From IMG/VR virus record IMGVR_UViG_3300025141_012845, positions 1-64,000 of that record: a DNA stretch of 64,000 nucleotides; one strand, 5' to 3'. Each line of letters begins with the position of its first letter. The first letter of the stretch is position 1. The DNA comes from a virus. This document shows, one piece after another, positions 18,205-31,300 of the stretch. The notes beneath the pieces were generated by a model. That model ran no database searches, was not told where the DNA came from, and was given only the letters and a program-made list of their open reading frames with translations. The translations under genes were made by a program, and so were the position numbers.

Positions 18205-21201
18205 TTAATAAGAAGTGGTAGTCATTGTTGCTGCGCCCTGCGTTGCTCCTGCCGTTGTCGTTGGCGTTCCAGAAGGAGTCAAAAGAAAGTACTGATTATA
18301 TACAGGATAGTCAAGCTGATTTATGCTAGGCCTGCCCATCTTTTTATTAGTCTCCTTTATAATCCTGCACAGATAAGTATTTGTATCATTTAATATACTA
18401 TCAGTTAAGGGCTCAAAAATAGGCCGTTTTATTTGAGCCCCTTCTGTTCCTTGTTCATAGCCAGTCATAACCTCAACTTTATATAAATTTATAAAATTTT
18501 GATAAAACCAGCCAAAGTTTCCTTGATCCCCTGAATAATTCAAGATATTAGTGCCACTCTCTGTAGAGTTTGCAATTATTAAAGCCTTGGTTTGTGGCGG
18601 TAAAGTGTTTAAAGTTGTATCATCCGGTGGGCAATGGGTTGCGATGCGTATTCCGCTAGATCGATTTCGAAGATCATAGTATGTCCTCTCAGTATAGCGA
18701 TTGATTTTTTCAGTTGCATTGCTTATGGTTGCTATATCTTTTATCTTATCTGCCACAATACTATACTTTTCTTTCTTGTCGTTTAATCTCAAAACGTTTC
18801 CAGCATCGAGTCCTTTAATTGGTGCTTTTTCATCAACTTCTGAAATTAGATTGTCAGTTTTCTTTGATTTCTTTCTTTTTGGATAGAAATTAAAAGAGGA
18901 ATCATTCGACGCGGTTTTCTTTGAAGACCTTATTTTCTCTAAAGAGTTATAATCTGAAATCTTCGCAACAATCTTATTTTGTTCCCTTAATTCACTTGTG
19001 TCCTTTGGGATGTGAGAACAATCTACTTCGTCTTTTTTCCCAAAGGAAACCTTTAAAGGGCTAAAATATTGATTACTGGGAGATGCGGCAATCTCTATCT
19101 CATCAACAATTGCGCTTGTTGGTAACTCCCTGAAATATTTGTTAAATTCGTTACCTCTTCTTTCTTTAAATTTAGTTTTAGACACCGATGCTAATGATAG
19201 CCTTCCAGATTCAAAGAAATCAAAGACCCTTTGTCCGCAATTCTCTTCTGAATTGGCATTGTATATGGTCTCAAACGTCTTATCAATCCTTAGAAGACGA
19301 GCACTACCTTGCGCAAATGTTTCGTTTGCTGGTCTAACCGTATTTTTTAAGCTCTTGTTTGTAGGTCCCGACCTTAATGAATCATAATCTTTTTCGAGGA
19401 TATGAATGTTATCTCCCACAATTGATAAAAATTCGTTAATTAACGATGGAGAACTTTTTCTCGGATGGATCATTCTATAGAGATCTTGCCATGGAAGATT
19501 CCTTCTATTAGAGTGTGTTAGAAATGAAACATGTTTTACATATTCTTTTAACGCAGAGGTTATATTGGCTTTCATTTTGTTTTCAAACTCAATCACGAAA
19601 TCTTCATCAAACTTTTTTGCTACTTGATTATATCTTTTCTGCGAGGCTCTTAAATAATAATCTTTAAAAACACCATGCAAATTTTGAACTTTATGCAGTG
19701 TCTCTTTCAACATGTCAACTGTTGGGTCCAGCATTTCTAGTGAAACAGTGTAAGAAAAAGTACCCTGCAGGTCTCCAGCACTTGAAATGTCAATTCCGCT
19801 AAAATATCGCACACCAATAGGATTAAACACACCGAAGACAGTCTCACTTATACTGCCCTTTTCTACTAAAGTGTCTGGTATGTTTGGCCCTATTTTATCT
19901 TTTCTTTTGAGTGTTCTCTCATAGTATGTTCGCGGGATCAGCCTACCTCCCTCGTTTTCGCTTTGAGTCTCTGCAACAACTTGAGGAGACGATCTTTCGA
20001 AGCCCTCTCTTTTTTTCACAACCTTTAGACTAGAAATGTTAATTTTGTTTGAGATACTCTGTAGGCTTTGGGGATCTTTTAAGATCGCCGGATAAGCACA
20101 ATTGTTCTTTAAATATGTCAAGGTATCCAATCCAAATAAGAATCTAGCCTTCTCATCAGAATCTCTAGAGATAAAGATATCAGTAAAATATGGAATCTTC
20201 TCTCGTTTTGAACTTATAAACCCGCTGGGTGTTTTATAACTTGTTTCACCGACCGTATCCTTTAAAGACCTGGTATCTATAACTTCTCTTACCGGCAAGG
20301 TCTGTTCTACAAATGGAAGCTCTGCTTCTAACAAAAGCCCACTAGACGTTATATAACGCCCATCTTGTGTTCGCTCAACAATATCTGTTGGAAGATTATT
20401 TTGAGTTGTATAGTATTTTTTACTCGTAACAATTTTACCTCCCTGCAGGATATTCTTTTTTAATAAAAAATCTACTTCTGGTACATCGTTTTCTTTATCG
20501 CGTCGAGAACTAAAAGGCACCAGGAACATTGTTAAATTAGTATCAACAGGGAGATCTTTAAATGTAGCCGAGATTGGTATTAAATATTTAGAACCGCCAG
20601 CACTATCCTGAAAACGAGGTAAGTCATCAACTGAATTTACTATAGATGGATCTATTTTAGCGATCAAGACTCTTCTTTTCTCAGGATTATATGCAAGCCT
20701 GTGTACGTGAGGCGGAGCGCCTTCGGCTCCATACAAGTCTTGACAATTTGGATAACACTCACTTTTTGCTGATTTTATATTATATTCTTGTACTTTATGC
20801 ACATGGTTTATCATTGGCTCCGAAGGGTGATATGCTTTTTGAGTCATACCAGTACCTTTATAGTCCAACATATATTCATGTCTGTGTCCTGCATTTTCAG
20901 TTGTCACACCATACATGATGTTCGAATCCTTATCTCCTCTGTTTATCCATAAATCTTTTATAAGCATATGTCTTGGCAAAGACAGTGAGTTATTTATAAA
21001 TTGCGGTTGTGTGCTCAATGCTATAAAAAAGTTCGCAGAACTTATGTCTCTTAAGTTTCTTGCAAAGTTTGCTGCTGGTAATCTTGAGAATGCTTTTGGT
21101 ATACTGACCTCAGCATCAAACTCAATTTGAAGATCCATTTTTCTTTCAGATGAATCTTTTAGATAGAACCTAAAATTTACTAGACGTGGTAACATTAGCA
21201 A
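18205..21201 (-). CDS. Large hypothetical, probably virion, protein (998 aa) with an HxH cluster
   Basis: Long ORF; GHRHE, NHVHK and PPHVH with CYPNC; Thr-rich C-terminal tail. Confidence 0.65.
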   Translation of the reverse strand: MLMLPRLVNFRFYLKDSSERKMDLQIEFDAEVSIPKAFSRLPAANFARNLRDISSANFFIALSTQPQFINNSLSLPRHMLIKDLWINRGDKDSNIMYGVTTENAGHRHEYMLDYKGTGMTQKAYHPSEPMINHVHKVQEYNIKSAKSECYPNCQDLYGAEGAPPHVHRLAYNPEKRRVLIAKIDPSIVNSVDDLPRFQDSAGGSKYLIPISATFKDLPVDTNLTMFLVPFSSRRDKENDVPEVDFLLKKNILQGGKIVTSKKYYTTQNNLPTDIVERTQDGRYITSSGLLLEAELPFVEQTLPVREVIDTRSLKDTVGETSYKTPSGFISSKREKIPYFTDIFISRDSDEKARFLFGLDTLTYLKNNCAYPAILKDPQSLQSISNKINISSLKVVKKREGFERSSPQVVAETQSENEGGRLIPRTYYERTLKRKDKIGPNIPDTLVEKGSISETVFGVFNPIGVRYFSGIDISSAGDLQGTFSYTVSLEMLDPTVDMLKETLHKVQNLHGVFKDYYLRASQKRYNQVAKKFDEDFVIEFENKMKANITSALKEYVKHVSFLTHSNRRNLPWQDLYRMIHPRKSSPSLINEFLSIVGDNIHILEKDYDSLRSGPTNKSLKNTVRPANETFAQGSARLLRIDKTFETIYNANSEENCGQRVFDFFESGRLSLASVSKTKFKERRGNEFNKYFRELPTSAIVDEIEIAASPSNQYFSPLKVSFGKKDEVDCSHIPKDTSELREQNKIVAKISDYNSLEKIRSSKKTASNDSSFNFYPKRKKSKKTDNLISEVDEKAPIKGLDAGNVLRLNDKKEKYSIVADKIKDIATISNATEKINRYTERTYYDLRNRSSGIRIATHCPPDDTTLNTLPPQTKALIIANSTESGTNILNYSGDQGNFGWFYQNFINLYKVEVMTGYEQGTEGAQIKRPIFEPLTDSILNDTNTYLCRIIKETNKKMGRPSINQLDYPVYNQYFLLTPSGTPTTTAGATQGAATMTTTSY

Positions 21202-22271
21202 GGCTCCTCAGTGTCGTCTGATGTTGCATATATATCTTTTGATTTTACATTTGGTAGTTTCGTATCACAAGCAATTATCCTGTCATTTAATCTATTTCTT
21301 TTCTTGTCGAAACTTTCCGCAAGATCCGATGCACAAATTATATCTTCAGTTATTTCCTCATCCACATAAATGTCAACCCAGTACTCAACATGTTCTGGTG
21401 TGATTTCGCTATGGATGTTTGGATCATAAAAAGCCAACGGTTTATACCCTTTACTTATAAGGTAGGTTTCTGGTGCTGCAGCATCTCCTGTGTTTACTGT
21501 GAGATTTACATGCTCTTCAATTAAAAATTCAATATCGAAATTCTCTCTTAAAAAGTCAACATTCTCTTCCAGAACTTCCACAAGCATATAATCGTTCTTA
21601 ACCTGCATTACTGAGCCGTCTTGATATGGGCCTCCTGGTGGAGTGTGCCCTTGTGAGAAAAAATCAGCCATCGCTTCCGCAGCGTTTTCTGCTCCGTCCA
21701 AATCAATCTCATTATAATCAAGGCCATAATTGATGCTATCAACATCTTTTTCCATATAGTTTTTAGTCAACTCGCCTGTGTTGGGATTGATATAGGTTAC
21801 ATAGGATTGGTTCTCTATCGTCGTGGTAAGTTGTGGTATTCTAACTATATGTTTTCTGTTGTTCGCAGAATATTCATAATAGTCATAAGAAGAGAGAAGG
21901 CTATTATTATAATATGTTACCTTCCAAGAAGGGTGATACTGAGAAGATACCGCAGAGTTTCCCATTGGTTCTGGTAAATACTCATCCCTTATTATGATTT
22001 TTTGTTGAGGATTGTAATAATTTACCTGCTTTGTCCTTTGTTCTTCAAGTCCTCTAAAGTTGTGTTGCGACTTTATTCTTGGTATCTCTTCTATTCTGTT
22101 CTCGCTTTCATTTTGTTTTTCAAGGACGCCGCCTGATTCGGAATCATATGTGATATCATCATCAAAAAAAGCATAGTAAACCGGTTTAAACTTCCCCAAA
22201 GACAGCAGTCTCTTGCCGTCCTGTGTCAGTTTGACATCTAATACTTCTTCTTTTCTATTAAAAAATTCCAT
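21195..22271 (-). CDS. Baseplate/tail structural protein (358 aa), N-terminus paralogous to 13500..14489
   Basis: DVKLTQDGKRLLSLGKFKPVYYAFFDDDITY aligns with DAVLTDFGRKRMAEGSFNIAKFSLGDDEINY. Confidence 0.65.
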   Translation of the reverse strand: MEFFNRKEEVLDVKLTQDGKRLLSLGKFKPVYYAFFDDDITYDSESGGVLEKQNESENRIEEIPRIKSQHNFRGLEEQRTKQVNYYNPQQKIIIRDEYLPEPMGNSAVSSQYHPSWKVTYYNNSLLSSYDYYEYSANNRKHIVRIPQLTTTIENQSYVTYINPNTGELTKNYMEKDVDSINYGLDYNEIDLDGAENAAEAMADFFSQGHTPPGGPYQDGSVMQVKNDYMLVEVLEENVDFLRENFDIEFLIEEHVNLTVNTGDAAAPETYLISKGYKPLAFYDPNIHSEITPEHVEYWVDIYVDEEITEDIICASDLAESFDKKRNRLNDRIIACDTKLPNVKSKDIYATSDDTEEPC

Positions 22272-22279
22272 TTCTACCA

Positions 22280-22288
22280 GTAATTATC
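22280..22288 (-). promoter_or_regulatory. Putative late-promoter motif GATAATTAC
   Basis: Recurrent motif just upstream of ATG 22271. Confidence 0.4.
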
Positions 22289-22327
22289 CCAATTTGCTAA
22301 ATTTCAGCCCATAAAGGCTCCCTGTAA

Positions 22328-25300
22328 TCATTCTGATTCAGATGGCGGCATTTCTGTTTGCATCGCAACATAGGTTGTTGGTGCAGATTTGCTTGTTCCG
22401 TTTGAATCTGAATCTCCTGACTGTTTCGTTTGCATCCCCATATAAGTTGTTGGTGCAGACTTGCTTGTCCCCTTTCCTTGTTCTGTTTGCATTCCCATGT
22501 AGGTTGTTGGTGCAGACGCCTCACTGGTTCCATCTCCAGGATCCTGCATTGAAAACTTAAGACTACTTTGAAGGGTCTTACTAGTAAACTCTGCTTCTGC
22601 ATCCAGTTTCGCCAACTCGACAAGCGAAAAGAAGTCATAAGGCCAATTATAACTATAAGTAGGAATTTTGGACTCACCACCAATCTGAAGCTTAAACCCA
22701 AATCTGTCGTCATCAGTTGAGTCTGCTGTCGTAGCGAAATAGTTAAAGTTCGCTCTTTGTTTTACCTTAAATACCATCCATTGTGTTTCGGGTGGAAGTT
22801 CTTCGCCAGAAAAGAACTCGTTTTTAGCCATGACGTGCGAAATCACAACTTCTTCTTTTTCAGCAGTTGTCGATATTTTTGGCGTAAGGTTTTGCCAGAT
22901 ATCGGATAAGTCATCCCTGTCTAATCTATGAGTAAATTCAAATATATACGCAACGAATGGCTTCACATTCTTGTTGTTTAAAAAGTCTAGGTGTGGAGGG
23001 AAAACATATTTCTGCATCGACTCAACCATATTAGTGATTGATTCTCCAGGAATCTTGTTCTTGCTCTGCAGAATTCCAACTTGCTGTTTAGTTGCGACTC
23101 CCAAAACATAGTCAATTTGAGACTTTAAGACTGGGAAGAACCTTCTTTTCCTCTTCTTTTCTATAAATGGGATCGCTACTATCGCTTCAGATATTAATTT
23201 TTCATCAGCAACCTCTCCAACTCGCTTCTGTTCAGGACTAAACCCGCATACGTCAATTAAAGAACCAGTTGTTGGCTGAACGCCTATGGCATTTAGATCT
23301 GCTCCGGTAGATGGAAAGCTTTCTTTTATTCTCATGAAGATCCCTTCTTGCCCAGTTGGAGCGGAGCCATACGCTCCCCAAATTGATTTTGTTGCGACAG
23401 AACTTGTTAAAACATTAAACGGTGCTCCAGTGTTCGATGGATCGTACGCAACTTGTGCATCATATAAAGTTCCAACATTTGAAGAGGACACATTAATTGT
23501 CGGACATTCAAATTTAGGACTTATAACCCAAACATCGTTTGCTGAACTAATTGAATCTTTAATTTTATCTGCTACAAATTTACCATCTGCGGCCTTTTCA
23601 ACGCCATATTCAATCTCTTTCAATCTTGTTTTACCAAAGAGGTTTATTGAGGAAGAAACCCTCATTTGAGACAAGCCTGCTGCTGCACTAAGCTCTTTTG
23701 ACCTTTGAAGAACGTTTGTCATATATGTATAACTGGATGTAAACAGGGTTTCCACTTTAGCCCCGGCTAGTATTTCATCTAAAGTAAAGGTCTTGCTCTC
23801 ATTATCCAAAAGGAAGTCTTTCTTATGTGGGCTGAAGGCTAGTCTAGCAATTGCTGCTCCATAAAAATATGGAGGAGTGTACGGAGCGAATGAAGGGTCG
23901 ATGTTATTAAACTCCATGTTCATAGTTACCTGCCCTGCTGGAACAGCGTGAACAGGCATTGTTTTTACAGGGGGTCCATAAATAGCACCCCTATAGTTTG
24001 CAAAATATCGGTCGCCACCAGCAGAAACACCAAAATCTTTTGCCACGCCTGCAGCAGAATTATAATCTACTTTAAATTGTACATGTGATGGTCCCTCTGA
24101 TAGTACAAAATTATCCGTTTTATAAAGCTCAACATCCATATAATAAGTTGTTCCTGAAACCATTGGTTTAAACTTGCTTTCTGGAGCGGACGTAAAAGAT
24201 TTAAACTTTTGATTTTGAAGAAAGAAGTTAGGCACTTCTGCTAAGAAGTTGTGCATCGCAAGTGAATATTGTGGCTTACTTTTACCATTCCAATCAAAGA
24301 AGATGTGTTGTTGAGATCCTGAGTGTGGATATAGAAGGCTTATTCTATAATCCGGGAATCCACTGTCTGAGGCTCCTGAAACAGGTATATATCTTTGTGG
24401 CTCAACCAGTGCTTCAAAAGGCATTCTATAATCAAAGATACCCCCTCCTCCAGCAGTATCAACTTGGGGGTCTCCTGCAAAACTAAAAAATGAGAAATGT
24501 TCTCCGTCAACTCCATGCTCTGGAGGGGTTGAGGCCGTAACATTAACAGAGCCCGTACACACCGGCCAGTCCACAGCAATCCCCGATTTTACAGTGTTAT
24601 ACATGATTCCTGGTGCAAAGAATGGCTGTAATAAAGATTGTAGTTTCTCTGCTTGTTGTGCATCTGGTGTAAGACTGGTTATTTTAGAACCGCCGATGAA
24701 AGGTCCGAACGACTGAGATAAAAGTCCTCCAAGTTGCACAGTTCTCAAAACGGGATAAAACCCCTGATATGGTAACAGTTTTTTAACACCGTTGCATTTA
24801 AGAGTCAGCCTAGAAAGTCTTGCATTATCAAGATCTTCCGAAACTTCTGCGAAATGTTTCATAAAGTCAGAATGTGAATAAGTTGTAAAGAAGTCCTCAT
24901 TATAGGATCCCGTACCAGCCGCATCTGCACTTGCAGATACCTTCGCTCCCTCAAGTGTTAGAAAGCGATTATTGAACGAGAATCCGTTGTCAACGTAGTA
25001 GTCCATATGTTCAGAAATCCTAAACTCTGGTATGACTGTGTGATCTTGTCCCATTCCTTTTATATCCTGAGCGTAATCGTCATATGAATCATACCAAGGA
25101 TTTTTACCGGCAAATTCACTAGTTCTATAGAAATTATAGTTAAGATTCCAAGATCTATTGTATTCCATTCCCCAAAGTTTAGTTGTGCCAGCATCACTAG
25201 ACCAATTAACAAAATTTGGATAGATAAACTGCTGAGATGCCGTCGGGGCTGTTGCCGTAAGATAACCAGCGCCTCGACTTGGTACAGTATCTGAGGTACC

Positions 25301-28300
25301 TAATGCCGCAGACACATGAAGGATCCCTCTAAATCTTTTATTTCCACCTGGATCGCTAAGTTGAGAGAATGCGTCTTTTACAATCGTAAACTCTGTAGGG
25401 GCCATCAACTCCCCATTGATCCCGTTATAAGTTGATAACTTTGATGTTGAGGTAGAACCAGAAACATAGTACCCATCTAAAGGCCATACACTTAAAGCGG
25501 GCGGCTGTACAATGGAGGCGTCAAGAACGCCGCCTAGTGAAGAAGAATATGCTCCAACATTTAGAACTTGTAATTTATCTGTAGTATTCTTTGCTGTCCC
25601 CGAAGTTCTCTTTCTGTCTGTGACACCGTCTCTCCAGAAAGTTCTTTGATCGCCCAATCGAGAAGAGTCTATTTGCGCCTGCGTCTCTGTATATGAAATT
25701 CTTCCTCTTGCTTTTGCCAAGAATGCGTTTTCCTCTCTAGGGTAAACCGTTTCAGAGTATGTTAACTTGCTGAGTTGTAGTTGGTTTGATGGGCTTTGTA
25801 TTACCGACTTAAAAGAATCATATTGAGTCTTTTTAGCCTTTGCTACTTGATCCAGTCCAAGTTTATAATCTAAAGTATCATCTGGCATAAACTCTAACTC
25901 ATTTCCAAATGACTGATCTATTTCTACAGGCTCCTCGCCTGGGATCTCAACTTCAAACTCAACTGGCTTGTATTTATTCGTTACGGAGGTAACCGTAAAG
26001 CTTCTTATATCTCTTTTCAAACGTGGATCATTTGAGTAATTGGTAAGTTCTGGCTTGTTAGGTAAGGCATCTGTTTCTATAATATCAAGAACGTTGTTTT
26101 TTCTTTGATATCTTACAATAGGGTGACTGTCTTTAATGTTTAATTTCCAACTCGCGCCTTGATATGGGCCGCTTCTATGCTTCATCAAGATGTTAAACCG
26201 ATTTCCCACTGCAAAAGAGCCAGCAGAGATTACATCTGAATTTCTGTAATCGACAGAAGAACTTAATGTATTGCTCGCGGTTAAAACGGTATCAACCACA
26301 AGAGTGTTGAGACCAACAGCATCTGAAAATAAATTACCATATTTTGGAAACTTTCCTTCGGAAAAATCGATTGCAGGTTCAAAACCTCCTGCGCCAGAAA
26401 CCATGCCGTCATAAGACTTATTAGTCGATGTAAACTCAATTAACTTGTGATTGCTTTTAATCGAGGAAGTTACCCAAGCATATTGCAACTCAGTTCGTGG
26501 AATAGCATGATTAACAAAGTAGTTATTAAATACGGAAGCAGTAATATTTCCAGCAGTAGAGTTTTCTATTCTTCTAATAACGTTTCTGTGTGTCTTATGG
26601 TAAGAGGCTGTAGTTTCATAGTCTGACGCCCCAACTGTTCCGTATTCACCATCAACGCCGAAACGGCCTGAACGTCTTGAGAGGACCTGTCTTAAGCCGT
26701 CATTGTTGGTATGAAAATCTGTCTTAACAGAGATATTCATCGGGCCATTGGTATCTGTGGATGCTTGGCTTCCAGAACTGTTCAGAACATTATGGTTTCT
26801 GAATGTGTGAACATTGTAGACTGAAAGCTCTTCTGCTGCTGTATCAAGATATCCTCTCGAACTTACTTCAAAACCTCCTGGTGCGGAGAACCTCTCAACT
26901 ATTACCTTATTCTGAGTTGAACGAACTGGAATTGAGAAGTCAAGAGACCCTGTAAAATAGGGTACTTCTGCGGTTGAGGAAGAAATATTGCTTGCATTCA
27001 AAGAGAGCCATTTATTGTTTAATCTTCTTCCTGAAGTTTGCGCAAGTTCATATACATTCTGATAATTACCTATGTTTGTTCCTGGAGAATCCGAAGAAGC
27101 GGTTGTCATTTGTATATTTTCAATGTTTATTGGAGATTTTGTTCCTTTATTAAAGAATGATCTCGGCAAGTTATAGTTTATTGCACCATCTAAATCTGAA
27201 TCTGCGGGGAAAATTGAGATATTTGCTTTATCGCCGCCAGCATAAGTAGACTCTAGATGTGATGCAGATCCTGAAATTCTAAAAAACTCTGGTCTCGTTA
27301 ATATTGTATCGTTAACGGAGTCTCCAACAGGCTCTTTTCTGTGTGGTCTTCCGCCAACAAATCTTTCTGTGAAAACGCTCTGTAATGGTTTTTCATATCC
27401 GATATCGTAATCTTGGTGAATGTTTGTTATTTCAACGCCAGAACTATTTGTGTAAAAGGCTGCTATACCTTCTAGAAACTTATTACTCTTAACATTAGTT
27501 GCCTTACTTATAACTTCCGGAAATAATCTGACCTTCGGGTTTTTTGTTGTTGGCTTCTCAAAACCTTTCAGTGTTACGGAACCCGAGACGACTAATATTC
27601 TAGTACTTGGCTTGCTATCTGAATCAAGACCTCCGAAAATGGTGGCCGGATTTAGCGCGTCGGTTTGTCCTCCTGTATCTGAAGGTTGATTATGGCCCCC
27701 TTTGATTATAACTCCCGGCGACATTTTTAAGTCTACACTGAAATTGTCACCAGCCCCATTGAACACTCCAAGAGTTGATGCGTTACTGAACTTCGCCGCT
27801 AGGAAATCGGAGCGTTTAGAATCTACGGTGCTGTTTCCGCTGGTGTTGCTTTCATCGCTATCGCCAGGATCATGTCTTGAGTGCCAACCGTGTCCATCTG
27901 CGTCTCCTGTGTCCTTATTGTTGTCTGGACCGGCGTTTCCTTCCCGGTCCTCATTGAATCCAGGAGGTTTAACACCTTCGTCGGTCCACTGTTTTCTCTT
28001 ACTTAAAAAATCATCCCTATCAATCTTAGCTTCTATGTCTGGTGGTAACGCGTCGGCAACAGTTCGAGTTGCCTCTGCATTAGGCACACCATCAAGTCCA
28101 ATTACGGTGGGTCGACCAGGTTGATGTTTCTTTGAGATTCTGCTTCTCTGCTCTATCGTTGGATACTTATTCCAATATTTATTTCTTTCTAAGACATGAC
28201 TCTCAACAACTGTTCTCAACCTATCAGAGTGGTCTGCAGAAGCAGGAAACAACTGTTGAAGCATCTCTCCGAGCGAACTATCGAGCCATCTATAATAGGT

Positions 28301-31300
28301 TACATACTTGTCCAAGTCTGGGGTGTTCTTAACTCTTTGGAAAAACAACTCTCTTAGTTTCTCCATATGCTTATAGTTCATTCGGTATCTGTTAACATTC
28401 TCACCAATTAAATTGTTAAAGCCCTTTATGGTTGCAAAGAAGTTTAACATCTCCTCAGAAATACTTTGATACATACTCTTTTCAATTGCAACATAATAGT
28501 TTGTTGGTCTAGTCTCTCTGGTGAAAGTTACATCATCTTGCGTCAGAACATTGACCATGTCTGCGCTGTTGATCATTTCTGGTCCCTTCTGCTCGAAAGA
28601 ATTCAAATATACAATATCATGCGAAGATGTTGAATTTGTTGGGAATTTATCTCCACGAGCGGTGTGTTGATGCTCGATTACGTTCTCTATCCACCCATAC
28701 CTGCCTGGAACAGGCATTGTTTCCACTTTCCCATCACTATCAAAAGTTGTATTAGCCGAACCAGACGATGCGTCTGCCACAAAAAACTGTCCCGATGCAT
28801 TAGAGCCCGTTATTTGATTAAAGTTCCAATTAAGAGCCAGTGTCTTAATTTGTGGAACTCTCCTAAATTGGCCCTGTGCGATAGACTCATTTAAGTAAGT
28901 TTGCATATCAGCATCTGCATTTTCAAACAAATAGGCGCTTTCATATGGATATAATGTTCCATAATTTGAAACATCTTTTGCATGTGCATCAATGACATCA
29001 TTATTAATATAATCCATCCATGCTCTAACGGATGACACTTTAACATCAGAACTTTGTTGTATGCTACCTGTAAAATTCTCTCTATGTGCTCCTGCAAAAA
29101 TCTTTTTTGGAGAACTTAAAAAGTTGTCTCCTGCTTGATGTGTCATAGTTCCACTTACAAAGAACTTGTGTTGTGCAACGTTAGAAACCATATTCACTCC
29201 GTAGAATTCTACATCATAGTGATTCACAGCAGTCCCCCCATCTGAACTGCCGCTCACAGTATCAGAAAACAGGTGGGTATTCGGCTTGATTCTTACCGCT
29301 AAATTCCATTTTAAGTTATCATAAAGGTTGTGTATCAAACTGCTTGTTAGTTCTGGAATAAACCCTGCTCCTCTTGAGCCTGTTAACATAAAGAATCCGT
29401 TAGCCGAATTTGCTTTATCCCTAACGGTGAAGACTTGGAAGTCAACATAGTCAGTGTTGGCACTCGTTGTCCAAGAATGATCAGTTCCGACTCTTGGTCG
29501 ATGTGCTCCAAAGATCGAGGATGTTACGTCAGAATAGTCGTGGTATCTTGTTCCTCTTATATCATATTGTTTAGGTAAAACGATCTCACATTCAAATGTT
29601 TGCCCCAATCCGTTTTCTGGGAAGGTATTGCTTGGTGTTGATGCCTCTAGAGATCCAGTGATATATCCTATCGATTGCGGTATGGAACTTGTGTGTTGAT
29701 ATATTACTGCTCCGTGATTGTCTGCTCTACTAAAGTCTATACACTTCTTAGCAACCGATCTTTGGACGAATCTATCTTTTAATTCAAAATCTAAATTATT
29801 TGCATAGAGATTAATTTTAATCAATTCGTCATCTACGCCAAAACATCTAATTAAATTTCTGAAGGCATTCTCTGTTCCCTTTGCTTTATAGATCGAAGAC
29901 AAGTTATTATAAATGTTCTTGTAAATAAGGTTTTTAACATCGTGAAGATCTTCACTAAACAATCTATCTTCATCTCTCTGTAAGAAGTTCTCTAAAACAT
30001 CTGCATCTGCAAATATTTCAGATGTAACAAACCCTCTATGTTCTAATAATTTATCAGCGAAAGGAACCGGCTTGAATATATTACCGCTAACGCTGCTTGT
30101 CACATAACTATTTGATTTTATATCAGTTAAAGATTTAATCTGCAATGATAGGGTGTCGAAATAACTTGCCATTATTTGAGTTAATTTTAATAATTGCTCG
30201 CCACCGTCGCTATCCTCTGATGTTATCCACTCAGGAAAACTATAGTAAATCGAACCAGCATTTCTTTTATCATACTCTCGACCGACATATTTCTTTTCAT
30301 TTACCAGCGAATCTACGTCTGGGTGGTAAGAATATATGATTGGATCTTTAAATTCTGTTAAAGATGCGCTCGACTCCACAATGGCCGATCCTGTATTTCT
30401 TGAGTTTGCGGAATAACCTGTCCACTCTCCATTTGAAAGACGGCCAGCATAATCTAAAACAACTGCATCTGTCGCAGTAACTCCCGTTATACCTTCATTA
30501 AACTTGAAATACACGCCCAATTGTGTGTTTGCTTCGTCAATATTGGTGCCAGCACCTACAGGCTGCCTCATATATCTGCCTATCAATTCTGTTGGCCTCT
30601 CTACTTTCCAGAACCTAAACTCGTCAATAGAGCCTGAGAGCTTTCCATAGCCTCTCATCTTTTGCATGTCTTCGCCATTTGCATAAGTTAACGATTGAGC
30701 GGCGTTCGTACCAGAAACAGAAGCAACCAGAGACCCTACGGTAGCGACCATTGCTCCACTAACATAGTCAACAGTAGAACCGGTTACTACGGTGTCATCG
30801 CATTCGCCATCGACAAAAAGCTTAATTTCTAAACTCGCTGAATTTGCTTGCTCGGATAGTGCCTTTGGGTGATGAACTTTACCTAAAGATCCCGTAGTTT
30901 TTACAGTAATCGCAAAATGGTGCCAGTCATCATCAGAAATAAGAGCCTTAGTTGCTGTATCTCCAATGGGAACATAATACGCTCCATTGGTACCAGACAT
31001 ATAGGTTATTCGAAACGGCTGTGTATCGTCATCTTCTGAAAATTCGACTCTCATTCTCGCATAATCTATACTGGAACTTATGCTGCTAGTTGTATAACAA
31101 TCAAATATGACCTCGTTTGTCGCTACATGGCTACCCTCTTTAACGAAATTAATCTTTTTCAACCAGAACTCTACAGTATTTCCTTCTATGCCGCCAATTT
31201 TAAGATTTGATTCTCTATTTTTGGAAAGATCAAATAAATTTGCTCCGCGAGAACCAGACATACGCTTTTCAATGTCTGGAAATGAGTCTTTTATCGAATC

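Noticed and set aside
22356-22516. CRISPR-like appearance of three ~32-nt repeats with spacers
   Set aside because: Repeats vary mainly at synonymous positions, spacings are unequal multiples of three, they lie inside a coding frame, and no cas genes are present.
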